A model generated the notes under the pieces. That model ran no database searches. It had not been told where the DNA came from and saw only the letters and a list, made by a program, of their open reading frames with translations. Shown here in pieces: positions 36,987 to 47,510 of a stretch of DNA of 59,598 nt. Made by a program: the position numbers and the translations under genes. Source of the stretch: Pseudothermotoga sp. Its GTDB lineage: Bacteria > Thermotogota > Thermotogae > Thermotogales > DSM-5069. Numbering within the stretch: position 1 is the first letter of the stretch; the number at the start of each line of letters is the position of its first letter. The stretch lies in contig JBEPZZ010000007.1 in NCBI GenBank assembly GCA_041640575.1, positions 1 through 59,598 on the forward strand. The letters are read 5' to 3'.

Positions 36987-37530
36987 CTTTTTCAACACCT
37001 CCTTGTGGTAAGCGAAAGTTTTCCTTCTCTTAGGAAATCTGATGGGGCTAGGTTGTGGTCTGAATCCTTCTCTGATTGTGAAAATAAAAGGTGCTTTTTG
37101 GAAAATTCGATGCAAAGAGCAGAACTTCGAATTCCAAAGCTTTTTAGTATCGCTTGCCCTGAAAAATTATACTAATATCCTGTAAAACAGTTATTTGAAG
37201 TTAGAAAAGATTTCTTTACGAATGACCTGGGATTTAATTTGGATTGACATACAATCTGAAACGATGCGTTGCTTTATTGCTAATTTGCAAACTTTAACAT
37301 AGAAAAATGTGTATAGTGGTTGCACACAGCAAGGATAGTGCGTAGGTACTGACTGCTATTCCAACTTTATTTAAGCGAATCGCCAGAAATAGATTTCTCA
37401 GAAAAGAAGGATTTTCAATGCTTTTTTAAATGGAAGTTTGCGGTTGATGCTGGATTTGGCAATCGTCAAAGCAGCACACCTAAGATTGCTTAGCCAGTGG
37501 CATAAGTTAGAATTATATAAGGTGATTTGT

Positions 37531-38526
37531 GTGAGAAAGAGATTTAGGGAATATGGTTTATCTTTTGGAAAATTAGAGCCAGCTCTAAGAAACTTAATCA
37601 GCGACGTACCTGGCGTAAAAGTGGGACATTTGACTTTAGCATGTGATTCTCCAACTGTAATTCGAACCGGCATCACGGCGATTGTAATTGAGCAGGTTTA
37701 TGAACGCCCTTTACCAGCGGCTTGTTCCGTTCTCAATGGTTTTGGAAAATCCCTGGGTTTGATGCAAATCGAGGAACTTGGTGAAATAGAGACCCCAATA
37801 ATTCTGACTAACACCTTGAGCGTTGGATATGCATTTCAAGGATTAGTCGAATACATGCTGAAAATAAGGAAGTTCCGGACACTTAACCCTGTTGTTTGCG
37901 AGTGCAATGACGGTTTTTTGAATGATATCCTGTATCCTGCAGTGAAACCGTCTGACGTTGCTAGAACCATTGAATCTGCAAGAGAGGATTTCGAGCTTGG
38001 TTCAGTTGGTGCAGGAACAGGGATGGTGAGTTTTGGTTTTAAGGGTGGAATAGGAAGCAGTTCGAGAAAATTGATTGATTCATATACAATGGGGGCTTTG
38101 GTTTTGGCTAATTTCGGGGCTTTCGAGGATTTAACAATTTTGGGTAGAAAGGCAAGTGATTATGTCAAAAGTGGAATTAGAAAATCTTCAGATGGTTCTA
38201 TAATAATCATTATAGCAACTGATATGCCTCTTGATTCCAGGCAGCTTAAAAGAGTTGCTAGACATGCTTTTTTAGCGCTTGGAATGCTTGGATCTGCTGG
38301 CTATCATGGTAGTGGAGATGTTTGCATTGCTTTTTCAACTCAAAAAGGTTTTGTAGATGAGAATAGAGAGATTTTTGATATGCTTTTCAAAGCCGCTGTT
38401 GAATGCACATATGAGGCAATATGTGATGCTTTGTTCTGCGCGGAAACAATGACAGGTTTGATGGGGATCGTCCAAGCCATGCCTGTCGAATGGGTGGTAG
38501 AATCTGGCAGGAGGTGTCAAGGTTGA
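37531..38526 (+). CDS. dmpA: DmpA/P1 (S58) L-aminopeptidase/D-esterase
   Basis: ISDVPGVKVGH, NGFGKS.G, LTNTLSVG, ECNDG, GAGTGM..FGFKGGIG, DG/SII autocleavage site, GSGD. Confidence 0.9.
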   Translation: MRKRFREYGLSFGKLEPALRNLISDVPGVKVGHLTLACDSPTVIRTGITAIVIEQVYERPLPAACSVLNGFGKSLGLMQIEELGEIETPIILTNTLSVGYAFQGLVEYMLKIRKFRTLNPVVCECNDGFLNDILYPAVKPSDVARTIESAREDFELGSVGAGTGMVSFGFKGGIGSSSRKLIDSYTMGALVLANFGAFEDLTILGRKASDYVKSGIRKSSDGSIIIIIATDMPLDSRQLKRVARHAFLALGMLGSAGYHGSGDVCIAFSTQKGFVDENREIFDMLFKAAVECTYEAICDALFCAETMTGLMGIVQAMPVEWVVESGRRCQG

Positions 38527-40334
38527 AAGACACGAATTACATCAGAAATATATGCACAATAGCCCATATTGACCATGGGAAAACCACTTTTGTCGATAGA
38601 ATACTAGAGCTGACCAAAAGTGTCGATGCGAGATTGATGCATGATCAATATCTCGACCAAATGGATATTGAACAGGAAAGAGGAATTACTATAAAGGCTT
38701 CCCCTGTAAAAGTGATTTACGAATACAATGGTGAAGAATATGAAATAAACATTATCGACACTCCAGGGCATGTTGATTTCTCGTATGAAGTCAGCCGAAG
38801 TATGGCTGCTTGCGAAGGAGCAGTGTTAATTGTTGACGCCTCGCAAGGTGTCGAAGCTCAAACAGTAGCGCACACATACCTTGCTATTGAAAACGATTTG
38901 GATATTATACCCACCGTTAACAAAATTGATCTCTTAAATGCAAACGTTGAGGAAACGGTGAGTGAAATAGTCAGTTTAATTGGTGTCAAAGATAATGAAG
39001 TTTTGAAGATGAGCGCAAAAACCGGTCAAGGAGTAAAGGAGGTTTTGGACGCAGTCATCGAAAGGGTTAGACCACCAAAAGGTGACGCGAATAAGCCGCT
39101 GAAAGCGTTGATTTTTGATGCTAAGTACGATAAATATCGAGGAATAGTTGTTTACGTGCGAATCTTCGATGGTGTTATTAAACCGGGAGATAAAATCTTA
39201 ATAATGTCCACGAATCAGCAGTACGAAGTCAGCGAAGTTGGTATTTTCACACCTTTGATGAAACCATCGGATATTCTTGGACCAGGTGAAGTAGGTTACG
39301 TAATCGCTGGAATTAAGGAAATCACTCATGCAAAGGTAGGTGACACTATAACTAGCGCAGCAAATCCAATACCAACACCGCTTCCTGGTTACAGGGAGAT
39401 TAAACCGATGGTTTACGCCGGTGTTTTTCCGGGATTACCTGAATATTATGAGGAGCTGAAGAAGTCACTAGAAAAACTGAAGCTGAACGACTGGGCTTTG
39501 ACTTTTGAACCTACGCGTTCCCCGGCCCTAGGGTTTGGTTTCAGGTGTGGTTTTCTCGGTTTATTACACATGGACGTTGTCAGAGAAAGACTGGAAAGAG
39601 AGTTTGAAATAGCTGTTATTTTAACCGCTCCAAATGTTGAATACAAAGTCGTCTTGAAGACAGGTGAGAGCATATTTATCAACGATCCAGCTAAGTTCCC
39701 CGAAGATGGAGAAGTTGAAAGGGTTTATGAACCTTTTGTCAAACTCTCAATTATTACACCACCTGATTACGTTGGAGACATTTACACGAATTTACAAAAC
39801 GAAAGAAGAGCAACGCTGTTGCATACTGAGAATGCTGGTAAAAACAGGGTCGTGATGTATTTCAAAGCTCCTTTGGCTGAGATAATAACAGATTTATTTG
39901 ACAAGTTAAAAGCCATAAGCCACGGATATGCTTCAATGGATTACGAGTTTATGGGATACGAGGAGTCAGATGTAGTCAAAATTAGCATAATAGTTAACAA
40001 GGAGCCAGTTGATGCCTTGTCTACAGTTGTTCACAAGAGCAAAGCTTATCAAGTTGCAAAGAAACTTGTCGACAAGCTTTCGGAATTGATACCAAGGCAT
40101 CAATTTGATATACCAATCCAAGCGAAGGCCTTCGGGAGGATAATTGCACGGGCTGACATACGAGCATTTCGAAAAGATGTTCTTGCAAAATGCTATGGTG
40201 GAGATGTTACCAGAAAGATGAAACTTCTCGAGAAACAAAAGGAAGGTAAGAAAAAGTTAAGGGAAATAGGGCAAGTTACAATACCTCAGGAAGCTTTCCT
40301 GGCGGTTCTCAGAATAGATGAAGAAAATAGCTGA
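38523..40334 (+). CDS. lepA: Elongation factor 4
   Basis: AHIDHGKT, ERGITIK, DTPGHVDF, GFRCGFLGLLH, KCYGGDVTRK. Confidence 0.97.
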   Translation: MKDTNYIRNICTIAHIDHGKTTFVDRILELTKSVDARLMHDQYLDQMDIEQERGITIKASPVKVIYEYNGEEYEINIIDTPGHVDFSYEVSRSMAACEGAVLIVDASQGVEAQTVAHTYLAIENDLDIIPTVNKIDLLNANVEETVSEIVSLIGVKDNEVLKMSAKTGQGVKEVLDAVIERVRPPKGDANKPLKALIFDAKYDKYRGIVVYVRIFDGVIKPGDKILIMSTNQQYEVSEVGIFTPLMKPSDILGPGEVGYVIAGIKEITHAKVGDTITSAANPIPTPLPGYREIKPMVYAGVFPGLPEYYEELKKSLEKLKLNDWALTFEPTRSPALGFGFRCGFLGLLHMDVVRERLEREFEIAVILTAPNVEYKVVLKTGESIFINDPAKFPEDGEVERVYEPFVKLSIITPPDYVGDIYTNLQNERRATLLHTENAGKNRVVMYFKAPLAEIITDLFDKLKAISHGYASMDYEFMGYEESDVVKISIIVNKEPVDALSTVVHKSKAYQVAKKLVDKLSELIPRHQFDIPIQAKAFGRIIARADIRAFRKDVLAKCYGGDVTRKMKLLEKQKEGKKKLREIGQVTIPQEAFLAVLRIDEENS

Positions 40335-40442
40335 TGTACTAGTTTGGAATTTTTGTTCAACTTTTAAAAATAGGGTAACCACCTGATATTTTCTGTGCCG
40401 TATAATGGCTTTGCTTGCCGCATTACAGATTGAGGTGTAAGT

Positions 40443-40949
40443 TTGATTATCATTGGCATTGATCCTGGTTTTGGAATTCTTGGCTATGGCGTGCTTAAAG
40501 TTGCAGGAAATACATTTGAGCATGTTACACACGGGATTTTTGAAACGGAAAAAACTACCCGAATGTCTTTGCGTTTGAAAATCCTTTACGAAAATCTTGA
40601 TGAATTATTTAAAAGGTACAAACCGAAAGAGATAGCAATGGAAAAGCTCTTTTTCTTCAGAAATGTAACCACAGCCATTTCGGTTGGCGAAGCAAGAGGA
40701 GTGGTCTTGCTAGCAGCTGCTCAACAAGGCATAGAGGTTTTTGAATATACGCCTCATGAGGTCAAGAAGGCTGTAACAGGAAACGGAAAAGCAACTAAGA
40801 AAGAAGTTCAAAGAATGGTTAAATTACTTTTGAATTTGAAGGAAATGCCGAAGCCGGATGACGCTGCCGATGCTTTAGCCATAGCATGGTGTCATGCATC
40901 TGGAAGAAATCTGCGGGGGTTGAAGGTGTATGAGAGCTACAAAGATTGA
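40443..40949 (+). CDS. ruvC: Holliday junction resolvase
   Basis: IGIDPG, ME.LFF, ARGV, EYTP..VK, PDDAADALAIA. Confidence 0.96.
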   Translation: MIIIGIDPGFGILGYGVLKVAGNTFEHVTHGIFETEKTTRMSLRLKILYENLDELFKRYKPKEIAMEKLFFFRNVTTAISVGEARGVVLLAAAQQGIEVFEYTPHEVKKAVTGNGKATKKEVQRMVKLLLNLKEMPKPDDAADALAIAWCHASGRNLRGLKVYESYKD

Positions 40950-43900
40950 GAACTTGAATCTGAGTATGAAAGAATTTGTCGAAAAAATTGGATTCGCCTG
41001 CGAATGCGATGGAGTGATAGAATCAATTTATTTTGATTGGACCACGAATACCTTGATCTTAAGAACCAGCGACTTGAAAAGTGATTTTTCTCAGTTGGAA
41101 CTGTTGTTAAAAAGACAGTTTAAGAGTGATGTTAAGTTCATTCAGGATGAAGTGAGTGTAGCTATTACGGAAATCGAAAAAGAACTGAATGGAAGTTTTC
41201 CATATATACAGCGCGTTCTTTTGCAAGGTGAAAGAGTGATAGTTAAAGTAACGTCTGAGTTTGGAAAAGCACGCGTCGAAAGCAAACTGAACCTTATAAG
41301 GAATCACATCAACCAAAAACTGGGTTTGCATCACGTACAAATAGTGGTTGATGAATCCGGAGGAAAAACTACTGAACCAGAAATAAAGATGCCATCCATC
41401 GAAAAACCTACAGAAGTGAAGAAAGTAAAAGAAAAAGCGAAAGCTAACGCTTTACTGACACCATCTCAGATAACCAATCAGCAAGGTCCTGTGAAAGTCA
41501 AGGGACAGATCTTTAGAATTGAAAACAGGGGCGGCAAAAAGAAGATTCTGGCAGTATATCTCACCGACAAAAAGGATTCCTTGCTGGCTTTGGCATTTAA
41601 TAGCATTGCTGAAGGGATTGAAACCGAGCTGAAAGAAAAGGATTGTGTCGTGCTAGATGGAGAGATTAGATTTGATGAAACCGGCGAGCCAATTCTGTAT
41701 ATCAAGGATTATCAAAAGACGGAGCCAGTTCTAAGGATGGATAATGCTGCAGTGAAAAGGGTTGAATTGCACGCTCACAGCAAGTTCAGCGATCTTGACA
41801 GTGTGCTTGATATCCATAACTATGTCGAACGAGCTGCATTTTGGGGATGGAAAGCAGTAGCGGTAACTGACCACGGCGTAGTGCAAGCAATTCCCCAGTT
41901 CTATGATGCTTGCAAAAATTTCAAGATAAAGCCTATTTTTGGGATGGAAGCTTATGTTGTCAATGACTCTGAACCAATAATGTACAATCCAAAGGATTTC
42001 GAGATGATGAATACGCCTTATGTGGTCGTGGATATCGAAACGACAGGACTACATCCAATGTTCTCCGAGATAATCGAAATAGGTGCGGTAAAAATTCAAA
42101 ATGGTGAAATATCAGATGAATTTCAGGCCTTGGTGAAACCATCAGAACCATTGAATGAATTCACAACAAGATTGACTGGCATAAAGCAAGAGGATCTAGA
42201 AAACAAACCAAGCATTGGTGAGGTCTTGCCAGCTTTTGTTGAATTTTGTCAAGGTAGCGTGTTGGTTGCTCATAATGCGTCCTTCGACTATCGCTTCTTG
42301 CGTCACTGGATTGAAAAAATACTCAAACAACAGTGGAATCCAACGGTTATAGATACTTTGGCACTTGCCAAAAGGTTAGTGAAGCTTTCGAGCTATAACC
42401 TTGAAAAGTTGGCCTCACACTTCAAGCTTGGAACATTCTCGCACCATCGAGCTTTAGAAGATGCCAGGGTTACTGCCAAGATCTTTCTTGAACTCTTGAA
42501 GCTTGCTCAAAAAAAGTCTTCGACAAATTTTTCAAGTATTGAGACGAATCAAAAAGATTCGATTACAAGACAATCTAAGCCATTTCATGCGACGATACTT
42601 GTGCAAAATAAAGTTGGCCTGAAGAATTTATACAAGCTGACTTCAGATGCGCATATCAAGTATTTTCATGGTTCACCCAGAATACCAAAAAGTGAACTGC
42701 AAACGCTTCGAGCTGGTTTATTGATCGGCAGTGCATGTGTTTCTGGTGAGGTGATTGAAGAACTTTTGTCTGGTGCCGATCAAACCGAGATAGAGGAAAT
42801 CATATCATTTTACGATTTTATTGAAATAATGCCACTCGATCTCTTGCCACGCGACAATGATCTTGGTTTGACCAGAGAGAGGTTAAAAGAGATTTATGTG
42901 AAGGTTTTTGAAATAGCTGAAAGAATGAACATACCGGTAGTCATGACAGGTGATGTCCATTTTCTGGATCCTGAGGATTCAAAAATACGAGATGTTCTTG
43001 AAGCACCACAAAAAGATAAATTGACTGAACAGCCTGCCGCATATCTTCGAACGACGGAAGAAATGTTGCAAGCTGCATTCGAAATTTTCGGTGATGAAGA
43101 AAAAGCAAGAAAGGTCGTCATTGATTATCCGAATCAGATTGCTGATAGCATAGAACATGTCGTTCCATTAGAGAAAAAACTTCACACGCCAAAAATTGAA
43201 GGATCTGATGAACAAATAAGAGCTTTGGCAACGAAAAGAGCTAAGGAAATTTACGGAGATCCACTACCAAAATTTGTGGAGCAAAGGCTTGAAAAAGAGC
43301 TGGACGCCATAATAAATCACGGTTATGCTGTCTTGTACTTGATAGCTAAAAAAATGGTTGATAAGTCTGTGAGTGATGGGTATGTTGTTGGCTCAAGAGG
43401 ATCGGTTGGTTCTTCCTTGGTTGCATATCTGCTTGGTATAACCGAGGTCAATCCTCTTCCACCTCACGGTTTCTGTAGTAAATGTCGCTACGTCGAGTTT
43501 GCGGAAACTTCAGAATATGGCAGCGGATACGACTTACCGGAGAAGAAATGTCCCGTATGCGGTGAAATACTTCAAAATAATGGACAGGATATCCCATTTG
43601 AAACTTTCATGGGGTTTGAAGGGGACAAAGTACCTGATATAGACTTGAATTTTTCAGGGGAATATCAAGATGAAGCTCATCGTTTTATAGAATCTTTGTT
43701 TGGAAAATCTCATGTTTATCGTGCTGGAACGATAAACACCATAGCTTCCAGAACGGCTTACGGTTTTGTGAAAGCTTATGAAGAAAAAGCCAATAAGAAG
43801 ATAAGAAAAGCAGAAACTGAAAGATTGGTAAGTGAATTAATGGGTGTGAAAAGAACAACCGGTCAGCATCCTGGAGGATTAATGATCATTCCGAAAGAGT

Positions 43901-45051
43901 ACGAGGTCTATGATTTCACACCGATACAATACCCAGCGAACGTGAAAACAGCAGAAGTTTTCACAACCCACTTTGATTATGAGTCCATCCATGATGACCT
44001 TGTTAAGATTGACGCTCTTGGACATGATGATCCAACATTTATAAAGTTGCTCAAACAGTTCACTGGTGTAGATCCCATGACTATACCTATGAATGATCCA
44101 GACACTCTCAAGATCTTTTCATCCGTTGAACCTCTCGGTATAGATCCGAAAGCTTTGGGAACCGATGTCGGTACTCTTGGAATACCCGAGTTTGGAACGC
44201 AATTTGTTCGTGGAATGCTTTCAGAAACTAGGCCAAAAAGTTTTGCCGAGCTTGTGCGGATCTCTGGTTTGTCCCACGGAACGGATGTTTGGTTGAACAA
44301 TGCAAGAGATTGGATAAAGCAACGGAAAGCAACACTTTCAGATGTCATAGCCTGTAGAGATGACATAATGAATTATTTGATCAAAAAGGGTATGAGTGCC
44401 TCAAAAGCTTTCAAGATAATGGAGAATGTAAGGAAGGGAAAAGGAATAAGTGAAGAGGAAGAAAAGAGTTTACGTGAATTGAAGGTTCCAGAATGGTATA
44501 TTGAATCCTGTAAGAGGATAAAGTACCTTTTCCCCAAAGCTCATGCTGCAGCCTATGTTAGTATGGCATTTAGAATAGCTTATTTCAAGGTTCACTATCC
44601 ACTAGCTTTTTATGCTGCATACTTTACGTTGAAGGGAGACGAATTTGATATAGATAGTGCTCTAGGCGGAATAGAGGTAGTGAGAAAGAAATTGCAACAG
44701 ATGGCGGAAGTTATGGACAAAGACGTTCGTGAAAAATCAGAAGAAACGACTCTTGAAGTTATGCTTGAAATGTTTCTACGTGGAATATCTTTCCTGCCAG
44801 TGAACATTAAAAAATCGCACGCAAAGCTCTTTTTGATTGAAAACGGCAAACTTCGAATACCATTTAACAAGTTGCCTAATCTTGGTGACAACGTTGCGGA
44901 ATCTATAGTCAAAGCAAGGGAAGAAAAGCCATTCACATCTATGGAAGATCTCTTGATGAGAACCAAAGTCAACAAATCTCATCTGGAGATCTTCAAGAAA
45001 TATGTTGAGCTCGAGAATCTTCCTGAGAAGGAACAGATTGGTTTGTTTTAA
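40930..45051 (+). CDS. polC: DNA polymerase III PolC-type alpha subunit
   Basis: PHP (ELHAHS, TDHG), exonuclease (DIETTG, AHNASFD, HRALED), GSRGSVGSS, KVPDIDLNF, GQHPGG, YLFPKAHAAAY. Confidence 0.97.
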   Translation: MRATKIENLNLSMKEFVEKIGFACECDGVIESIYFDWTTNTLILRTSDLKSDFSQLELLLKRQFKSDVKFIQDEVSVAITEIEKELNGSFPYIQRVLLQGERVIVKVTSEFGKARVESKLNLIRNHINQKLGLHHVQIVVDESGGKTTEPEIKMPSIEKPTEVKKVKEKAKANALLTPSQITNQQGPVKVKGQIFRIENRGGKKKILAVYLTDKKDSLLALAFNSIAEGIETELKEKDCVVLDGEIRFDETGEPILYIKDYQKTEPVLRMDNAAVKRVELHAHSKFSDLDSVLDIHNYVERAAFWGWKAVAVTDHGVVQAIPQFYDACKNFKIKPIFGMEAYVVNDSEPIMYNPKDFEMMNTPYVVVDIETTGLHPMFSEIIEIGAVKIQNGEISDEFQALVKPSEPLNEFTTRLTGIKQEDLENKPSIGEVLPAFVEFCQGSVLVAHNASFDYRFLRHWIEKILKQQWNPTVIDTLALAKRLVKLSSYNLEKLASHFKLGTFSHHRALEDARVTAKIFLELLKLAQKKSSTNFSSIETNQKDSITRQSKPFHATILVQNKVGLKNLYKLTSDAHIKYFHGSPRIPKSELQTLRAGLLIGSACVSGEVIEELLSGADQTEIEEIISFYDFIEIMPLDLLPRDNDLGLTRERLKEIYVKVFEIAERMNIPVVMTGDVHFLDPEDSKIRDVLEAPQKDKLTEQPAAYLRTTEEMLQAAFEIFGDEEKARKVVIDYPNQIADSIEHVVPLEKKLHTPKIEGSDEQIRALATKRAKEIYGDPLPKFVEQRLEKELDAIINHGYAVLYLIAKKMVDKSVSDGYVVGSRGSVGSSLVAYLLGITEVNPLPPHGFCSKCRYVEFAETSEYGSGYDLPEKKCPVCGEILQNNGQDIPFETFMGFEGDKVPDIDLNFSGEYQDEAHRFIESLFGKSHVYRAGTINTIASRTAYGFVKAYEEKANKKIRKAETERLVSELMGVKRTTGQHPGGLMIIPKEYEVYDFTPIQYPANVKTAEVFTTHFDYESIHDDLVKIDALGHDDPTFIKLLKQFTGVDPMTIPMNDPDTLKIFSSVEPLGIDPKALGTDVGTLGIPEFGTQFVRGMLSETRPKSFAELVRISGLSHGTDVWLNNARDWIKQRKATLSDVIACRDDIMNYLIKKGMSASKAFKIMENVRKGKGISEEEEKSLRELKVPEWYIESCKRIKYLFPKAHAAAYVSMAFRIAYFKVHYPLAFYAAYFTLKGDEFDIDSALGGIEVVRKKLQQMAEVMDKDVREKSEETTLEVMLEMFLRGISFLPVNIKKSHAKLFLIENGKLRIPFNKLPNLGDNVAESIVKAREEKPFTSMEDLLMRTKVNKSHLEIFKKYVELENLPEKEQIGLF

Positions 45052-45113
45052 ATGAATTTTATATGACTGTGGAGATCAAACTTTAGGAGATTTCTCGGGA
45101 GGGATAAAAGTCC

Positions 45114-46112
45114 ATGATGAAAGTTTATGTTTTATTACTACTGTTTTCTATCATCTCTAATGGTTTTGGTTTACCGCGTCAGAAGGCATTTGATTACAAC
45201 AAAAATCTCGGGATTGGGGTGAATCTTGGAAATGCTCTTGAAGCGCCAAGAGAGGGTGCTTGGGGAATGAGAATTCAGGATGATTATTTTCCTATCATCA
45301 AGGAGAAAGGCTTCAGTCACGTTAGGATTCCTATTAGGTGGTCTGCACACTGCAGTAAGGAACCACCTTATACAATAGATGAAAAGTTGTTTGAAAGGGT
45401 TGAACACGTGGTCAAAAAGGCACTCGAAAATGGCTTACTAGTTGTTATAAACATGCACCACTTTGAAGAACTTTATCAGGATCCGTTGAAGTACAAAGAG
45501 ATGTTCCTGGCTCTTTGGAAGCAAATTTCAGACAGGTTCAAAGACTATCCAATTGAATTGGGCTTTGAAATTTTCAACGAACCAGCTCAGGCCTTTACTG
45601 CATCACTTTGGAATCAATTTGCATCTGAGACTCTAAAAATTATACGTCAGTCCAATCCAGAACGGATCGTAATAATTGATGCTCCAAATTGGGCGCATTG
45701 GAGTGCGGTCGAAACTCTTTTATTACCTGAAGATGAAAACATTATTGTTTCCTTTCATTACTATGAACCGTTCAACTTTACCCATCAAGGAGCTGAATGG
45801 GTTTCACCAGTTCCACGTGTAGGTGTGAGGTGGGAAGGCACAAAAGCACAAATTGGTGAAATCGAAAAGCATTTCAGGACCGTCAGTGAGTGGGCGAAGA
45901 AGCACAGTGTTCCAGTTTATCTTGGAGAATTTGGTGCCTACTCAAAAGCTGATATGGAGTCTAGGGTAAGATGGACGAAGACAGTAAGTCAAATTGCTCA
46001 AAAATACGGATTTTCAATTGCTTACTGGGAATTCGGAGCCGGATTTGGAATTTACGACAGATCTAAAGGTGAATGGATAGAGCCTTTGGCAAGAGCAGTG
46101 TTTGGACAATAG
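45114..46112 (+). CDS. GH5 endoglucanase/mannanase (Cel5A-like) with signal peptide
   Basis: GVNLGNALEAP, VRIP, MHH, NEP acid/base, HYY, GEFG nucleophile, YWEF. Confidence 0.93.
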   Translation: MMKVYVLLLLFSIISNGFGLPRQKAFDYNKNLGIGVNLGNALEAPREGAWGMRIQDDYFPIIKEKGFSHVRIPIRWSAHCSKEPPYTIDEKLFERVEHVVKKALENGLLVVINMHHFEELYQDPLKYKEMFLALWKQISDRFKDYPIELGFEIFNEPAQAFTASLWNQFASETLKIIRQSNPERIVIIDAPNWAHWSAVETLLLPEDENIIVSFHYYEPFNFTHQGAEWVSPVPRVGVRWEGTKAQIGEIEKHFRTVSEWAKKHSVPVYLGEFGAYSKADMESRVRWTKTVSQIAQKYGFSIAYWEFGAGFGIYDRSKGEWIEPLARAVFGQ

Positions 46113-46136
46113 TTTTGTGAATGCACAAAACTTTTT
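46111..46136 (+). terminator. Intrinsic terminator after GH5
   Basis: AGTTTTGTG-AATG-CACAAAACT-TTTT. Confidence 0.65.
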
Positions 46137-46378
46137 GGTATCCAATTAATTATTTTTTATTCCTTTCTTTCACAGCTACTTGAAGTGCTTCATGATAACT
46201 GGGTTATTGAAAAGCAAATGATGAAATTTTTGTAACACAATTTGACTTGGAAGATATCTAATTTCTTAAAATCAAAAGAAAGAAGGAGAAAACCAGCAAT
46301 TTTTAAAGAAATAATGAGAATTTATTCATCAGATGCCTTAATTTACTAATCTGAACGTTTATTGATTCCTGGCCGGTC

Positions 46379-46428
46379 TTGACTACGATAAAATTTTATT
46401 ATAAGTTAATTGCAGGATGCAAGCAACT
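46379..46428 (+). promoter_or_regulatory. Promoter and putative ROK operator
   Basis: TTGACT-17-TAAGTT; dyad AGTT-aa-TTGCA-gga-TGCAA-gc-AACT (46404-46428). Confidence 0.6.
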
Positions 46429-46445
46429 AAGTTGGGGGGATTTGA

Positions 46446-47510
46446 TTGATCAACCTCCTTCAATTTCAGATTCTCAAAATGCTTCAAAACCTGAAGGAGT
46501 CTACCGCTAGAGACCTTGCACAGTTGCTGAAAGTCGATGAATCAACCATCTCTCGGAACCTGCGGTACTTGGTTCAACAACAACTAGTTCTTGTGAAAGG
46601 CTACTTACCTCCCAAGGAACTTGGCGGAAGGAAGACTCGCCTACTCTCCTTGAATCCGAACTGGTTAAGAGTTATAGGTTTGTCCATTGAGCAAGGGCAA
46701 ATTTGTATCATTAGATCCAACTTATTCGGCGAATTGCTTTCTTTTAGTTCAAAAAACATCAACGTTGGCCCGGAGAACCTCAATAGTGTTATTAATGAAG
46801 CGCTGCAAAAAGAAAATTTCGATCTACTTGCTGTTGCTTTGCCTGGTTTAGTGAACGCATCTGAAAAAAAGGTGGTTTTTTCAGAGGCACTGAGATTAGA
46901 GAATTACTGTCTGAGAAGCATAACTTCCAAACCGTTTGTCCTGTTTAACGATGCAAACGCAGCTGCAGCAGCTTATTTAAGTTGGGCTAATAATTTGGTT
47001 TATTTCTTGCTCTCGATACCTTCTCGACTTTCAGAACCTGCTGGACTGGGAGCAGGAATCATAATAAACCGTTCTATATATGAAGGAAGCAATAATGCTG
47101 CCGGAGAACTTGGCGAGGGAGTTCCTCTAACAAATGATAAGTCTCTTACTCTAAGCGATCTACAAGTGTCTAATGGATTAATCTTGACAGATAAAAAAAT
47201 TCTAAACAACTTTGTTGACCATATTTCAGAAAAGATAGCAAGTACTGTTAATCTTCTTGACCCAGAGTTGTTTGTGCTTGGTGGAGATTTCCAGCTGCTC
47301 GGAAAGGAGATCCTTGAAAACATAATTAAAAAAGTTGAAAAACAAATCACGGCACGAAAAATGAAAAATATTGCCTGGAGAATCGACGAAAACGGTTCTA
47401 AGACCGTAGCCTTCGGATCAGTGATAGGACTTCTGAAAACTCTCTTTTGCGATTTTGAATTCGCAAGAGCGGCTTTTGAAGAAAGGAGTCAGAAAAATGT
47501 TGAAATCTGA
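46446..47510 (+). CDS. ROK-family transcriptional regulator (ChiR-like)
   Basis: N-terminal HTH, GGRK, PGLVN, NDANAAA, GLGAGII, AGELG. Confidence 0.9.
   Translation: MINLLQFQILKMLQNLKESTARDLAQLLKVDESTISRNLRYLVQQQLVLVKGYLPPKELGGRKTRLLSLNPNWLRVIGLSIEQGQICIIRSNLFGELLSFSSKNINVGPENLNSVINEALQKENFDLLAVALPGLVNASEKKVVFSEALRLENYCLRSITSKPFVLFNDANAAAAAYLSWANNLVYFLLSIPSRLSEPAGLGAGIIINRSIYEGSNNAAGELGEGVPLTNDKSLTLSDLQVSNGLILTDKKILNNFVDHISEKIASTVNLLDPELFVLGGDFQLLGKEILENIIKKVEKQITARKMKNIAWRIDENGSKTVAFGSVIGLLKTLFCDFEFARAAFEERSQKNVEI

Noticed and set aside
37150..37370. Fluoride or c-di-GMP riboswitch in the arsC-dmpA intergenic region
   Set aside because: Only a short TGCCCTGAAAA resemblance; the conserved cores of these aptamers are absent.
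40930..45051. Intein in PolC (or in NrdD)
   Set aside because: Lengths are ordinary for these families and no C...HN/[CST] splice motifs or LAGLIDADG blocks were seen.
46137..46378. AT-rich intergenic stretch as an sRNA or CRISPR leader
   Set aside because: No direct repeats, spacers or stable structure visible.
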